Shown piece by piece: positions 36,515 through 46,621 of a DNA stretch of 56,370 nucleotides. The notes beneath the pieces were generated by a model. The model made no database searches. It saw only the letters and a program-made list of their open reading frames with translations, and was not told the origin of the DNA. The stretch lies in the NCBI GenBank assembly GCA_913061175.1, contig CAJXUF010000001.1:1-56370 (forward strand), read 5' to 3'. Position numbers and translations under genes: made by a program. The stretch is from an uncultured Psychrobacter sp. Its GTDB lineage: Bacteria; Pseudomonadota; Gammaproteobacteria; Pseudomonadales; Moraxellaceae. Position 1 is the first letter of the stretch. Every line of letters begins with the position of its first letter.

Positions 36515-37615
36515 ATGGCTGGTTCATTAACACTGCCAATTAATATGTTGGTCAATGTCAGCATTGAGTATCAAGCCAAGCTATTGAGCCGTGACGCTTT
36601 CAATCGACTATTGATTGTTGGTAGCACTACAAACGGACGCGCTACTGATACAGGCATTTATACGTCAATCGACGGTGTAAAGCTAGATTATGGCGTAGAA
36701 GCACCTGAGTACACGATTGCACAAAAGTATTTTGCTCAGAACCCAAAACCACGCGATTTGATGATTGCAACGGTAACGGCTTTGACTGATCCACTAGCGA
36801 GCATTGGCGAAGTATCAGCCAAGACGCTAGGGTTCTATGCCTTTTGTTTTGCAGGTGAAGTTGCAGCGGCAAACATTCAAGGCTTGGCAGAATGGGCGCA
36901 GTCTCACAATCGTATGTTTATGACGGTTATGACTGACGATACCGAAGCGGTAACCACTGGTGACGCACTTAAAGAGCTTGGACAGTATCATTATTGCATC
37001 ACCTATCATGAAGATTATGACACGGTTGGCGCGGTAGCAGGTATGGCACTTGACCAACGCTATGACAAGACTGATGGGGTTAAGACACTGCACCTAAAAT
37101 CACTTGTAAGCGTGGTGAGTACCGATATTAGCCAGACGCAAGCAGCTAACTTGAAAGCGGCTTGTATCAACTATTACAGCGACTACGGCAACCCTGATAA
37201 TTCATTGCCTATCTTTGCTAATGGTCATGCAGGTGGCGGCAAGTTCTTTGATTTCGTGATGGGCTTTGATTGGCTGCGTAACGTCATTGAGACAAACGTA
37301 TTCAATGGTCAACGTCTGCGTCGATTAACACCTCAGACAGATCGCGGCATGATGATGATTAAAGCTGACATCGTGAACGGTTTGGAAGAAGCGGTAAAAG
37401 CTGGGTTGGTCGCGCCTGGTACTTGGAACGGTGCAGCATTGGGTGAGATTGAAACCTATGACTACTTGCCAACTGGTTACTACGTTTATAACGAGTCAAT
37501 CCGTGACCAGCCACAAGTTATCCGTGAGCAACGTATCGCACCGCCATTTACTATCTTGGTTAAAGGCGCAGGCGCAATTCACGACACAGATATTACATTA
37601 ATCCCAGAAGCGTAA
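36515..37615 (+). CDS. tail sheath protein (DUF3383)
   Basis: YFAQNP.P, DWL.N.I, PQTD.G, R..RIAPP, GAIH. Confidence 0.9.
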   Translation: MAGSLTLPINMLVNVSIEYQAKLLSRDAFNRLLIVGSTTNGRATDTGIYTSIDGVKLDYGVEAPEYTIAQKYFAQNPKPRDLMIATVTALTDPLASIGEVSAKTLGFYAFCFAGEVAAANIQGLAEWAQSHNRMFMTVMTDDTEAVTTGDALKELGQYHYCITYHEDYDTVGAVAGMALDQRYDKTDGVKTLHLKSLVSVVSTDISQTQAANLKAACINYYSDYGNPDNSLPIFANGHAGGGKFFDFVMGFDWLRNVIETNVFNGQRLRRLTPQTDRGMMMIKADIVNGLEEAVKAGLVAPGTWNGAALGEIETYDYLPTGYYVYNESIRDQPQVIREQRIAPPFTILVKGAGAIHDTDITLIPEA

Positions 37616-37627
37616 GGAGATAGAACA

Positions 37628-38059
37628 ATGGCAGGACAAATGAGAACGTACTCGTTCACGCATCACATGATTATGATTAATGGTCGTGAAATTGAAAACT
37701 TTGGCGAAGGTGATGACGTTATCACCGCTGAGTACCGCGAAGATAGAGTCACTGACACAGTAGGTGCAGACGGTAATATGCAAGCGTCTGTTAGTGCTAA
37801 TCAGTCAGCCGAGGTTATGATTAAACTATTAAATATGGCACCAGAAAATGACTACCTAGAGTCGCTACATCAGCAATTCGTGAATGGTGAGATTGCAGGC
37901 ATATCGGTATCGGTCATTAACGCGGTTACTGGTCAAGGCGTGTTATCAACGACTGGCTATATTTCAAAGATTGCCAACTTTGCGCGTGGTACTAACGCAC
38001 AGGATAGAGAGTGGACAATCATTGTGCCTAAGCTAGCAATTCTACAATCAGTCGTTTAA
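37628..38059 (+). CDS. tail tube protein (DUF3277-like)
   Basis: YSF, VGADG, REWTI; after sheath. Confidence 0.85.
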   Translation: MAGQMRTYSFTHHMIMINGREIENFGEGDDVITAEYREDRVTDTVGADGNMQASVSANQSAEVMIKLLNMAPENDYLESLHQQFVNGEIAGISVSVINAVTGQGVLSTTGYISKIANFARGTNAQDREWTIIVPKLAILQSVV

Positions 38060-38068
38060 GGGTAGATT

Positions 38069-38500
38069 ATGAGTGACTTAAAACACACAAGTATCGGTGG
38101 TAAAAACATCGTACTCAAAAAAGTACCTGCGCGTGATGCTCGTAAAATTCAAACAATGCTGATCGCAATGGTCGCTGAACCACTAGCTGAGGCATTAGGT
38201 CAGCAATCAGGCGGTGACATTAAGACGCAAGGTCAGCAAGTATTGGCAGGTCTTAAAGGCATCGCAGGTATCTTGCCAAAACTGAACGATGGTGATTTGG
38301 ATTTACTCATTGACCAGTGCAAGCCTTTTATTTTGGTAGAGGGCAAGCAGTTTGATGAAAACGCACAGTTTGACGCTGACACGCTGTTTGATATGTATGA
38401 GGTGCTTTGGTATTTCTTACGTGAGACTTTTGGTGGTTTTATAGCCGCCGTCCGCTTACGTTTTCCACAGCTCCAAGCGATGACGGCATTAAAGAAATAG
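38069..38500 (+). CDS. tail assembly chaperone (gpG-like)
   Basis: position between tube and TMP; ETFGGF C-terminal motif. Confidence 0.8.
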   Translation: MSDLKHTSIGGKNIVLKKVPARDARKIQTMLIAMVAEPLAEALGQQSGGDIKTQGQQVLAGLKGIAGILPKLNDGDLDLLIDQCKPFILVEGKQFDENAQFDADTLFDMYEVLWYFLRETFGGFIAAVRLRFPQLQAMTALKK

Positions 38501-38673
38501 AGACTGCCAATATTGACTGGTATCTAATGAGGGTTTGCGTCAGTGAGCCTCCATTAGCTAAGTATATCGAGCTGTGTGACGGTACGTACACGCTCAATGA
38601 CTTGGCAGATATGCACGAAGCACTTGATGAAATGGACGAGTACAGACGGCGATACGAAGCCAAAAACAAATAA
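38425..38673 (+). CDS. -1 frame extension (gpT-like) of the tail chaperone
   Basis: -1 frame is open from 38425 to TAA 38673 (..DWYLMRVC..ELCDGTYTLNDLADMHEALD..); no clear RBS. Confidence 0.65.
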   Translation, partial: DFWWFYSRRPLTFSTAPSDDGIKEIETANIDWYLMRVCVSEPPLAKYIELCDGTYTLNDLADMHEALDEMDEYRRRYEAKNK

Positions 38674-38687
38674 CGTAAAGGTGATTT

Positions 38688-40259
38688 ATGGCAACAGTAA
38701 TTGACGACTTACTCGTTATATTAGGCTTTAGAGCCAATACTAGCGGTGCAGATAGATTTGATAACCGTCTAGGCGGCATTATCAAGACAGTCGGCAAGGT
38801 TGGCGCTGTGCTGACTGGTGTTGGCGTGGCTGCTGCTGGGTTTTTGGGTAATGGTATGCTCGATGCAGCTATCCAGTTTGAGAACTTTAAGACGCAGCTT
38901 ACAACCATTGAAGGTGATTCCGAAAAGGCGCAAAAGTCGCTGGACTGGATTGAGGAATTTGCCAAGAAAACACCTTATGAGCTAGACCAAGTTACCGACG
39001 CTTTTGTCAAAATGAAGTCATACGGCATTGACCCTATTGAAGATGGTTTGATGACCAGTGTTGGTAACATGGCGTCAGCAATGGGTAAGCCTATCGACCA
39101 AGCGGTTGAAGCCTTGGCTGATGCAATGACTGGCGAAAATGAACGTCTAAAAGAGTTCGGCATCAAATCCAGTAAAGATAAAAAGACAGACACAACGACA
39201 TTCACATACAACAAAGACGGCAAAGAATACACCAAGACGGTAAGCAATAACGCTAAAGAAATCCAAGCAGCCTTGCAAGGTATTATGGACGAGCGTTTTA
39301 CTGGCGGTATGGACGCTATGTCCAAGACTTGGGAAGGTACTGTATCAAACATGAAGGACGCTTATAGCGGCTTTCTACGAGCCATTGCCAACGCAGGGGT
39401 TTTTGATGCACTCAAAGAAGTTCTAGGAAATATTGCCAACTGGGTTAATCAGAATGGCGATAAAATCACAGCCTTTGCTCAACAGATAGGTTCGGCCTTT
39501 ATCATCATGATTGATGTGTTGGTGGCGACTTACGATCAGATTGTGATTATCTATGGCAAAGTTCAAGAGTTTATGAATTGGCTATCAGCTAACTCAGAAA
39601 CAATCATAACCACGCTGAAAGTTATTGGCGGTATTGCGGCAGTCATAGCAGGTGCATTAGTGCTGATGTACGCACCAGCTATTGCAGGTTTCTTGCTGAT
39701 GCAAGCGACTGGTGTTTTATCATTCCTGATACTACAGGCAGCAGCCATTGCAAGCGCGGCAGCAACAGCAGCAGCTTGGCTCGTAGCGTTTGCCCCATTT
39801 CTATTGATAGGCGCGGTCATTGCTGTGGTCATCGGTCTGCTATGGCTAATCTACCAAAACTGGCAACAGATAGCGGCAGGTATAGCGGCTGAGTGGCAGA
39901 AACTCTTAGGCGTGTTTAGCTCAGTAGCAGCTCAAGTATCGGCTATTTGGTCGGGGCTTTGGTCTAGTGTTAAGGCTATGGCTAGCGGTGCGATTGATTT
40001 TATCATCGGCAAGATACAAGCGGTTATCTCTATGATTGGCGGTGCGATTGGCAAGGTCAAAGAATTGGCGGCTTATAATCCAGTAGCATTGGGTGGAAAG
40101 GCGGCAAGTTGGGCGGCTGGTAAACTTGGTATCGGTGGCGGTGGTAATACATCAAGCGTTAATCAGACGTTTAACGTATCAAGCGCAGGTGAGGCAACGA
40201 GCATTGCAAAGGGTAGCACTGGCGCACAGCGTCGAAGCAATACAGGGGTTAAACAGTAA
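38688..40259 (+). CDS. tape measure protein
   Basis: FAKKTPYEL..V, EALADAMTGENERLKEFGI tape-measure domain; hydrophobic, W-periodic C-terminus. Confidence 0.9.
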   Translation: MATVIDDLLVILGFRANTSGADRFDNRLGGIIKTVGKVGAVLTGVGVAAAGFLGNGMLDAAIQFENFKTQLTTIEGDSEKAQKSLDWIEEFAKKTPYELDQVTDAFVKMKSYGIDPIEDGLMTSVGNMASAMGKPIDQAVEALADAMTGENERLKEFGIKSSKDKKTDTTTFTYNKDGKEYTKTVSNNAKEIQAALQGIMDERFTGGMDAMSKTWEGTVSNMKDAYSGFLRAIANAGVFDALKEVLGNIANWVNQNGDKITAFAQQIGSAFIIMIDVLVATYDQIVIIYGKVQEFMNWLSANSETIITTLKVIGGIAAVIAGALVLMYAPAIAGFLLMQATGVLSFLILQAAAIASAAATAAAWLVAFAPFLLIGAVIAVVIGLLWLIYQNWQQIAAGIAAEWQKLLGVFSSVAAQVSAIWSGLWSSVKAMASGAIDFIIGKIQAVISMIGGAIGKVKELAAYNPVALGGKAASWAAGKLGIGGGGNTSSVNQTFNVSSAGEATSIAKGSTGAQRRSNTGVKQ

Positions 40260-40867
40260 TGCTAAAAGCTAAAATACCACAGCTAGGCGATTTGGTTGCT
40301 GATGTATGGGTTAGCGAGCGTCATCGTCGAGAAATGGAGGTGACGCAAAACCCTGTTGAGTTTGGATCACCAGTCACAGACCATGCTTTTGTAAAAGCTC
40401 AATCTCTATCTGTCAGCTTTGGCGTGAGCAATACGCCACTGGTAGATAACGATGCGTTTACTGATATTGACCGTGTAGATGAGGCGAGGACAAAACTGTA
40501 TGAGCTGCAAAATAGTAAGACATTTCTAAACGTTAAGACTATCAATGGCGGTGAGTACAACAACATGCTGCTGACTGGCATTGGCTGGACAACGGACGAA
40601 AAAAACCCTCATGCGGTCATCTTTGATTTAGACCTTGAAGAAGTTATTATTGTCACAACTGAGCAGACAGAGTATCAGGCTTTACCTGCTGAGAAAAAGA
40701 CCGAAAAGAAAACCAAGCCAACGAGCAAACGTGGCACCAAGCCAAAAAAGAAGTTAGAGACAGCCACAAAAGGCCGTAAGCGCACCTCGACACGCGATGT
40801 ATCATCATCAAGTAAAGAGCAAGCAAAGGCGGCGGCGGCAACCAAGCAGCGAGGTAAAATTAAATGA
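40259..40867 (+). CDS. baseplate/tube initiator (Dit-like) protein
   Basis: E.H, VTQNPVE.GS.VTDHA, YNNMLL. Confidence 0.75.
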   Translation: MLKAKIPQLGDLVADVWVSERHRREMEVTQNPVEFGSPVTDHAFVKAQSLSVSFGVSNTPLVDNDAFTDIDRVDEARTKLYELQNSKTFLNVKTINGGEYNNMLLTGIGWTTDEKNPHAVIFDLDLEEVIIVTTEQTEYQALPAEKKTEKKTKPTSKRGTKPKKKLETATKGRKRTSTRDVSSSSKEQAKAAAATKQRGKIK

Positions 40868-41175
40868 GTCTTTTTGAATTACCTATGTCTGATGAGCCGT
40901 CTCAAGAATTTACTTGTGAGATTGGCGGTACAAACTATCTATTCCGCATACAGTTGAATGTACGCGGTGACTTATGGACAATGGACGTAAGCACCGCTGA
41001 TGATGAGCCAATATTGCAAGGCGTGGCATTGACGCTAGGTGTTGACCTGCTATCGAATGAACGCTTTACCAGTGGCTTGTTATTCTTAGTTGATTACACT
41101 GGTCAAAATACAGACCCTACAGCGGATAACTTGGCAGACTATGGCCTAATATGGAGTGATGAATTAGATGGATAA
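40864..41175 (+). CDS. small baseplate protein
   Basis: Q.F, WTMD, G..L..GVDLL; synteny. Confidence 0.7.
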   Translation: MSLFELPMSDEPSQEFTCEIGGTNYLFRIQLNVRGDLWTMDVSTADDEPILQGVALTLGVDLLSNERFTSGLLFLVDYTGQNTDPTADNLADYGLIWSDELDG

Positions 41176-41971
41176 CATTACTCAATTTGGGCGCGTCTGT
41201 CAGCTAATCGTTGGCAAAGATGGTAGCGGCATTAAAATCAGCGAATTACGGATGCGCTTTGATATTAAAAAGAGCAGCGATGAAAACCCAAACACGGCAA
41301 AGATTGAAATATACAATCTGAACCCTGAACATCAAAACCAGCTATTAAAAGAATGGGCTGATATTCAATTGCTCGCAGGGTATCAAGGTGCAGAACGCCT
41401 TATTTTTAGCGGTCAAATCAGAACAGCGACCCCAAAGATACAAGGTACGGACCGCATTATCACGATAGAGAGTGGTGATGGTGACAGAGAAATACTGCGC
41501 GGCTTTGTCAACAAGACATTAACCAAAGGCTGCACAGCCAATCAAGTGGTCGCAGCGTGTCAGTCGTCAATGTTTGGTGTGCCTAATGCTCACAAAGACG
41601 ACTTAGAAACGGTTTATGCGCGTGGTCGTGTGCTGTCAGGTCGTGCAAGTGACGTACTCACTAAACAGACAAAGCAAGATGGGGCGCAATGGTCAATTCA
41701 AGACGGTCAAATGTTATTGCTAAAGGGCGACAATGTGCGACCAAATGCGGTATGGCTCATCAATCAATCAACAGGTATGCTAGGCAGTCCAGAGCCGACA
41801 CAAGACGGTGTGAAAGTGACAACACTGCTTAACCCTGCTTACCTGATCGGCGGTGTCGCTAAGATTGATAGCGAGATATATCAAGGCGGTGTCCGTATCG
41901 AGTCGATTAGACATAGCGGTGACACGCACTCAAGCGAATGGTCAAGCGAATTAGAAGGTTTACGAGTATGA
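41168..41971 (+). CDS. baseplate hub protein
   Basis: PN.A.I.IYNL, L.AGY, WSIQDG, TGMLGSPE, LLNP, GDTH. Confidence 0.85.
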   Translation: MDNITQFGRVCQLIVGKDGSGIKISELRMRFDIKKSSDENPNTAKIEIYNLNPEHQNQLLKEWADIQLLAGYQGAERLIFSGQIRTATPKIQGTDRIITIESGDGDREILRGFVNKTLTKGCTANQVVAACQSSMFGVPNAHKDDLETVYARGRVLSGRASDVLTKQTKQDGAQWSIQDGQMLLLKGDNVRPNAVWLINQSTGMLGSPEPTQDGVKVTTLLNPAYLIGGVAKIDSEIYQGGVRIESIRHSGDTHSSEWSSELEGLRV

Positions 41972-42678
41972 CAGCAATCAATGACAAAGCTCGTGAGGTG
42001 TCAGGCGATAATTATGCAGATGGTCAGGCGCAGATTGAAAGCAAGCTCATGGACGTTCACACGGCATTACCTGCAATCATTATTAGCTTTGATGCAGACA
42101 CACGCACAGTGACAGCACAGCCGACCGTACAGCGAGTATTCAGTGAAGGCGAAGGCTTATCAGGTGCGACCAATTTACCGCCTTGTGTGGACGTTCCTGT
42201 CATCTTCCCAAGTGGCGGTGGTTACGAGCTAACATTCCCTATCAGGGCAGGTGATGAGTGTTTGCTGATGTTTGCTGAGCGTTGTATTGATGGTTGGTTT
42301 GAGTCTGGACAGCCGACAGAGCCGAACGATTTTAGGCAGCACGATTTATCAGATGCTTTTGCTATCGTGGGCGTTCGCAGCCTAGCCAATAAGCAACCAG
42401 TATGGACAGGTGGCACAGAGCTACATGGTAACGGCAACCACGTAAGGATAGATGATAGCAGCGTAGAGGCTAAAACGAATAGCGGTACTTACGCAAAGCT
42501 AAACCCATCATCTATCAATATGCAAGCTGGAGGTGCTTCGTTCTCTATAAGTTCCGATGGTGTTTATTCCAGTGTGCCACTACACGCGCCCAACCTTATT
42601 ACGTCAGCGTTTGATACTAATTTACACATTCACGGTGGCGTAGAGTCAGGCGGTAGCAGCACTGGTACTGGTAGATAA
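41968..42678 (+). CDS. central spike (Gp138-like; ATG 41968)
   Basis: DVPV.FP.GGG, GDECL..FAERCIDGW, R.HDLSDA, C-terminal HIH iron motif. Confidence 0.88.
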   Translation: MTAINDKAREVSGDNYADGQAQIESKLMDVHTALPAIIISFDADTRTVTAQPTVQRVFSEGEGLSGATNLPPCVDVPVIFPSGGGYELTFPIRAGDECLLMFAERCIDGWFESGQPTEPNDFRQHDLSDAFAIVGVRSLANKQPVWTGGTELHGNGNHVRIDDSSVEAKTNSGTYAKLNPSSINMQAGGASFSISSDGVYSSVPLHAPNLITSAFDTNLHIHGGVESGGSSTGTGR

Positions 42679-42737
42679 TTGTTGAATAAGGTATAGTTGA
42701 TATATGGAATATACACTAACTATACATAGGTGCAGAC

Positions 42738-42965
42738 ATGGGGTTTATTAAAAATAAAATAGGCAAACGACTTTTAATACAAAACGTTAATTATCTCAAT
42801 AGATTACAAAAAGAGCAGAATCAAAAAACCATGTCTGACAGGTTTTACAAAGAAACCTATGGTTATGCAGCAATGAACTTTGCCATTAAACGCTGCGCTC
42901 TTTTAAATAATATTTATGTCGTTGTATTTGGTTTTGATGATAAATACACAGTGAGAGATTATTAA
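42738..42965 (+). CDS. moron 4 gene A: hypothetical protein
   Basis: AGGTG RBS; AT-rich; interrupts spike-wedge synteny. Confidence 0.5.
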   Translation: MGFIKNKIGKRLLIQNVNYLNRLQKEQNQKTMSDRFYKETYGYAAMNFAIKRCALLNNIYVVVFGFDDKYTVRDY

Positions 42966-42966
42966 G

Positions 42967-43449
42967 ATGAAAAAACTAATAACAGCATTAGCAATGACCG
43001 TATTATTGACAGCTTGCGGTAATGAAGAAGTAGCGACCACTGAGCAGCCAACGACTGAACCAGTAGAAGTAAAATCAGCTGCTACCGAAAAGCCAATGAA
43101 AAGCAAAGAAGCGGTCAAGGTTGAGATACTAGAAAAAGAAATGACCAACTCAGACATTCAAGAGTTAATCAGCCTAAAATTTAGATTAGAAAACGACTCG
43201 GGCAAAGAATTAGCAGGGGTTAAAGGTACGCTAGTATTTTTCGACAAGTTCAATGACGAGGTTATCAAGTTTGACTTTAGCGAAGATGCTTTAGATATGC
43301 CAGTCAAGGGTTGGAGCGAGTTCTGGTTAGACTTCCCTTATAACCAATACATTAGCAATGATGTTAAATTCATGGCAGCCGACCTTGAAGATATGACCTA
43401 CGAATTTAGATACCATACGATATTGTTTGCAGACGGTACGACGCTATGA
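42967..43449 (+). CDS. moron 4 gene B: lipoprotein
   Basis: MKKLITALAMTVLLTA-C lipobox; T/E linker; beta-rich domain. Confidence 0.8.
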   Translation: MKKLITALAMTVLLTACGNEEVATTEQPTTEPVEVKSAATEKPMKSKEAVKVEILEKEMTNSDIQELISLKFRLENDSGKELAGVKGTLVFFDKFNDEVIKFDFSEDALDMPVKGWSEFWLDFPYNQYISNDVKFMAADLEDMTYEFRYHTILFADGTTL

Positions 43450-43634
43450 ATATCAAAATAGAGGATGACGGGAAGCAAAAGTGGCAGAGCTTTACTGCTA
43501 GTGTCGATTTAGGTTTGCCGCATTTGTTTAATTCTGAAATTGAGGCTTATGGTGCTGACGAGATTGAAGCTACTGAAAACCTAAAAGCTATGATTGCTGA
43601 GATAAGAAAAGCATTGATCGATATAGATATTTAA
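43446..43634 (+). CDS. moron 4 gene C: hypothetical protein
   Basis: ATGA coupling; terminator at 43658-43684. Confidence 0.55.
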   Translation: MNIKIEDDGKQKWQSFTASVDLGLPHLFNSEIEAYGADEIEATENLKAMIAEIRKALIDIDI

Positions 43635-43703
43635 ACATTAAAAAAACAGATCAAAACAAGTCACCTTAATCGGTGGCTTTTTTTATGCCTAAAGGAAAGT
43701 GCT

Positions 43704-44081
43704 ATGTCCACAAGACGGCTAATAAATAACGATTACAGCTTTGGCAATGGTCAAGCTGACATTATCACGGGGCTTGATGAGTGTTTGCAAAAGTGCAAAA
43801 CCACGCTGATGCAATTGCGCGGTGAGTGGTTTCTCGATAGCCGTGACGGTGTGCCGTGGGGCGATGTGCTAGGGCAACGAACGGACACGCAGCTACTCAC
43901 TGAAACGATTAAAAAGGCATTGCTAGGCATTGATACCGTGACAACCGTTGATGCTGTCAGCGTCGATATGGGCGAGCGTCAGGCATTGGTTATTGCAAGC
44001 ATTGGCACAGTTTACGGAAATATCAACCTCACACAATCACTCAACATTCTGGAGCTAATCGAAAATGACGCAATTAACTGA
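43704..44081 (+). CDS. baseplate wedge/sheath initiator
   Basis: DYSFG.G, L...RGEWFLD...GVPW. Confidence 0.82.
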   Translation: MSTRRLINNDYSFGNGQADIITGLDECLQKCKTTLMQLRGEWFLDSRDGVPWGDVLGQRTDTQLLTETIKKALLGIDTVTTVDAVSVDMGERQALVIASIGTVYGNINLTQSLNILELIENDAIN

Positions 44082-45213
44082 TACAGGATTTGAGCGCACA
44101 CGGCTTATTGAACGATTGGCTGAGATACAAGGTGATGCTAGGGCAATCTTTGGTCAAGACATCGATTTGTCTAGCGACACGATGGACGGACAGCATATCA
44201 GCTTGTTTGCTGAGGCGATTGCTGACCTTGATGAATTGGCCGAGTTGGTATGGATGTCGTTTGACCCTGATTTGGCATTTGGCAACAGTTTGTCACGGCT
44301 AGTTAAGATTAACGGCATTGAGCGCAGTCAAGGCGCGTACAGCATCGTTAATTTGACCGTCACAGGTACGCCACTCGTATTGATACCCAAAGGTAGCAGC
44401 GTTAGTAATGCAAGCGGTACGGTTGAGGTTTATACCACTGAGGACGTTCGCATTGATGAGACAGGAACAGCGATAGTTGAGGCCATGCCTGATGCTATGG
44501 GTGCAATCAGTGCTAGTGCTGACACGTTGACCGTTATTAAATCACCATTATTCGGTTGGTCAAGTGTGACCAATACAGCAGCCATGACGGTTGGCAAGTT
44601 AAGAGAAACGGATCAGCAATTACGCGAACGCAGACGAGGCAGCGTATCAAAAGGCAATCGAAATATGACCGAGGCGCTGTGGGCGAAGTTGTCCGACTTG
44701 TCAGGAGTTATTGAAGTCTCAGTGCTTGAGAACGCCACGCAATACACAGACAGTCGCGGATTGCCACCCCATAGCATACACGTTGTTATATCAGGCGGTG
44801 ATGAGGCGCAGATTGCACAAACTATATGGGCGAGCAAGACAGGCGGTACAGAGGTCGCAGGTACAGAGGAATACATCATCATTGATGAGGTCGGCAACGA
44901 GCAGGTAATGAAATTTAGCCGACCAATCGATGTGACAATCAAAGTTGCGGTTTATATCACACCACTAAGCGGTTATTCATTCAGCACAGCAAGCCTTATC
45001 AAAGAGGCGGTGCTTGACTATCTGAACGATGAGATTGCAGTCGGTGGTGACATCATCAATTCAGCCTTATACACGCCACTTAACGAGATTGGCGGCTTTG
45101 CAATCGACCGCATTGAGCTGGCAAAAGGCAATGAGGCACTGGCTGAGAAGTCTATCTATCTTGAATTTAACGAACGCATATCAATCAGCACTAACAATGT
45201 CGAGGTGATTTGA
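44065..45213 (+). CDS. baseplate J-like protein
   Basis: ETDQQLRER, GLPPHSI..V.SGG, FSRP. Confidence 0.9.
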   Translation: MTQLTDTGFERTRLIERLAEIQGDARAIFGQDIDLSSDTMDGQHISLFAEAIADLDELAELVWMSFDPDLAFGNSLSRLVKINGIERSQGAYSIVNLTVTGTPLVLIPKGSSVSNASGTVEVYTTEDVRIDETGTAIVEAMPDAMGAISASADTLTVIKSPLFGWSSVTNTAAMTVGKLRETDQQLRERRRGSVSKGNRNMTEALWAKLSDLSGVIEVSVLENATQYTDSRGLPPHSIHVVISGGDEAQIAQTIWASKTGGTEVAGTEEYIIIDEVGNEQVMKFSRPIDVTIKVAVYITPLSGYSFSTASLIKEAVLDYLNDEIAVGGDIINSALYTPLNEIGGFAIDRIELAKGNEALAEKSIYLEFNERISISTNNVEVI

Positions 45214-45959
45214 TGGCTAACGAATTAGAGCCGTTTGACATAGTGCAGACAGGCTTATCGAGGCATGGACACCAATACGGACAGTCATTGCTATTTAGGC
45301 TATGGATAGCGAAAACCCTTAACCCATTAATCAACGTACAAGACGCTTTTTTTGAGCTGCTAGATATTGATGTGGACACGGCTGAGGGTGTGAAACTCGC
45401 GCTCATTGGTCGCATTGTTGGTGCTCCAGCCGTTGTGCCGAGTGCTGTACCGATAGCAGGGTATTTTGGCTTTGTTGACCAAGATGAATCACTGCCAATG
45501 GGTGAGCTTTACGATAAGTCATTCGGTGGTCACTGGATGGAGTTTGGGCAGCCGAGCTACAAAGACCAATTGATTGACGAGTCGATGTATAAGACCGTCA
45601 TCAAGGCTCAAATACTTAAAAACAAAAGTAATTGTACGCCGCCTGAGATTATCGAGATTGCTTCAATGTTTATGGGTGATGGTGTCAAATTTAAGTATGT
45701 GGAAAAACCAATGGCGATCATTATCGCGCCTGAGCGTGATTTCACACGATACGAGATACAACTATTACGAATCATGATACCAAGGCCAATGGGCGTAGGG
45801 GTGGCGGTATTAAATGGCACTTATGATGACTTTGGGTTTAAAGACCAGCCAGACACGTTGCCGTTAGGTGATAGCGACGACCCAAGCATCGGCGGTTTTT
45901 GGTCAACAGAGCGCAAAGATATGATTGCAGTTATTGACGAACAGGATTCATGGTTATGA
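45213..45959 (+). CDS. baseplate wedge protein (DUF2612) with duplicated FGF motif
   Basis: DVDTA.G..L..IGRIVG, Y...IKA.I.KN, PRPMGV. Confidence 0.82.
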   Translation: MANELEPFDIVQTGLSRHGHQYGQSLLFRLWIAKTLNPLINVQDAFFELLDIDVDTAEGVKLALIGRIVGAPAVVPSAVPIAGYFGFVDQDESLPMGELYDKSFGGHWMEFGQPSYKDQLIDESMYKTVIKAQILKNKSNCTPPEIIEIASMFMGDGVKFKYVEKPMAIIIAPERDFTRYEIQLLRIMIPRPMGVGVAVLNGTYDDFGFKDQPDTLPLGDSDDPSIGGFWSTERKDMIAVIDEQDSWL

Positions 45960-46612
45960 GTATAAATAAATTAAGCGAGTTTGCAGTTAATGGCGATAAA
46001 TCCATTAGTGGACTGACGCTGACAACAGGTTTTCCAAGGCAGCAAAAGCCTTACCGACAATGGATGAATTATCTTTTCAATATGGTTACTGCAAAAACCA
46101 ATCAACTTGTGGATGCAGTGAACGCGCTTGATGCAAAGATAGAGCCATTGCTAAAGCCGATTGCCGTAGGTGAGGGTTTTTTTACGGTCAATGATTACCA
46201 GTCAGCTAGCGAGGTAGCAGCAGCAAAAGGCTATGGTACTTGGCAGCGATTCGCTGAGGGTAAGACGCTTGTTGGTTATTCAGCATCAACAAGCACTTTA
46301 GATGCTTACAGAATTATGGGCAATGAGTTTGGTGAAGATACTCATACGCTAACCGTCAACGAAACCCCATCGCACAAGCACAGTCCTAGCGACCAATACA
46401 ACAAGTTTGTAGCTGTTTGGGGAGACTGGACTGATGTTGACCTTGGTAAAAATACACCTGTATTTACGGGTGAGGAGGAAGACGGCGAGATAGTCGGGAA
46501 AATGCCTCTAGCAAATTGGAATAACGCAAAAGAAAAATCCATCGGTGGTGGTAAATCTCACAACAACATACAGCCATCAATCGTCGTCGCTTACTGGATA
46601 AGAACAGCCTAG
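45956..46612 (+). CDS. short tail fibre/baseplate structural protein
   Basis: GTW.RFAEG.TLVG, GE.THTLT..E.PSH.H, GGG.SHNNIQPS...YW.RTA. Confidence 0.8.
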   Translation: MSINKLSEFAVNGDKSISGLTLTTGFPRQQKPYRQWMNYLFNMVTAKTNQLVDAVNALDAKIEPLLKPIAVGEGFFTVNDYQSASEVAAAKGYGTWQRFAEGKTLVGYSASTSTLDAYRIMGNEFGEDTHTLTVNETPSHKHSPSDQYNKFVAVWGDWTDVDLGKNTPVFTGEEEDGEIVGKMPLANWNNAKEKSIGGGKSHNNIQPSIVVAYWIRTA

Positions 46613-46621
46613 GGGTAAAAT

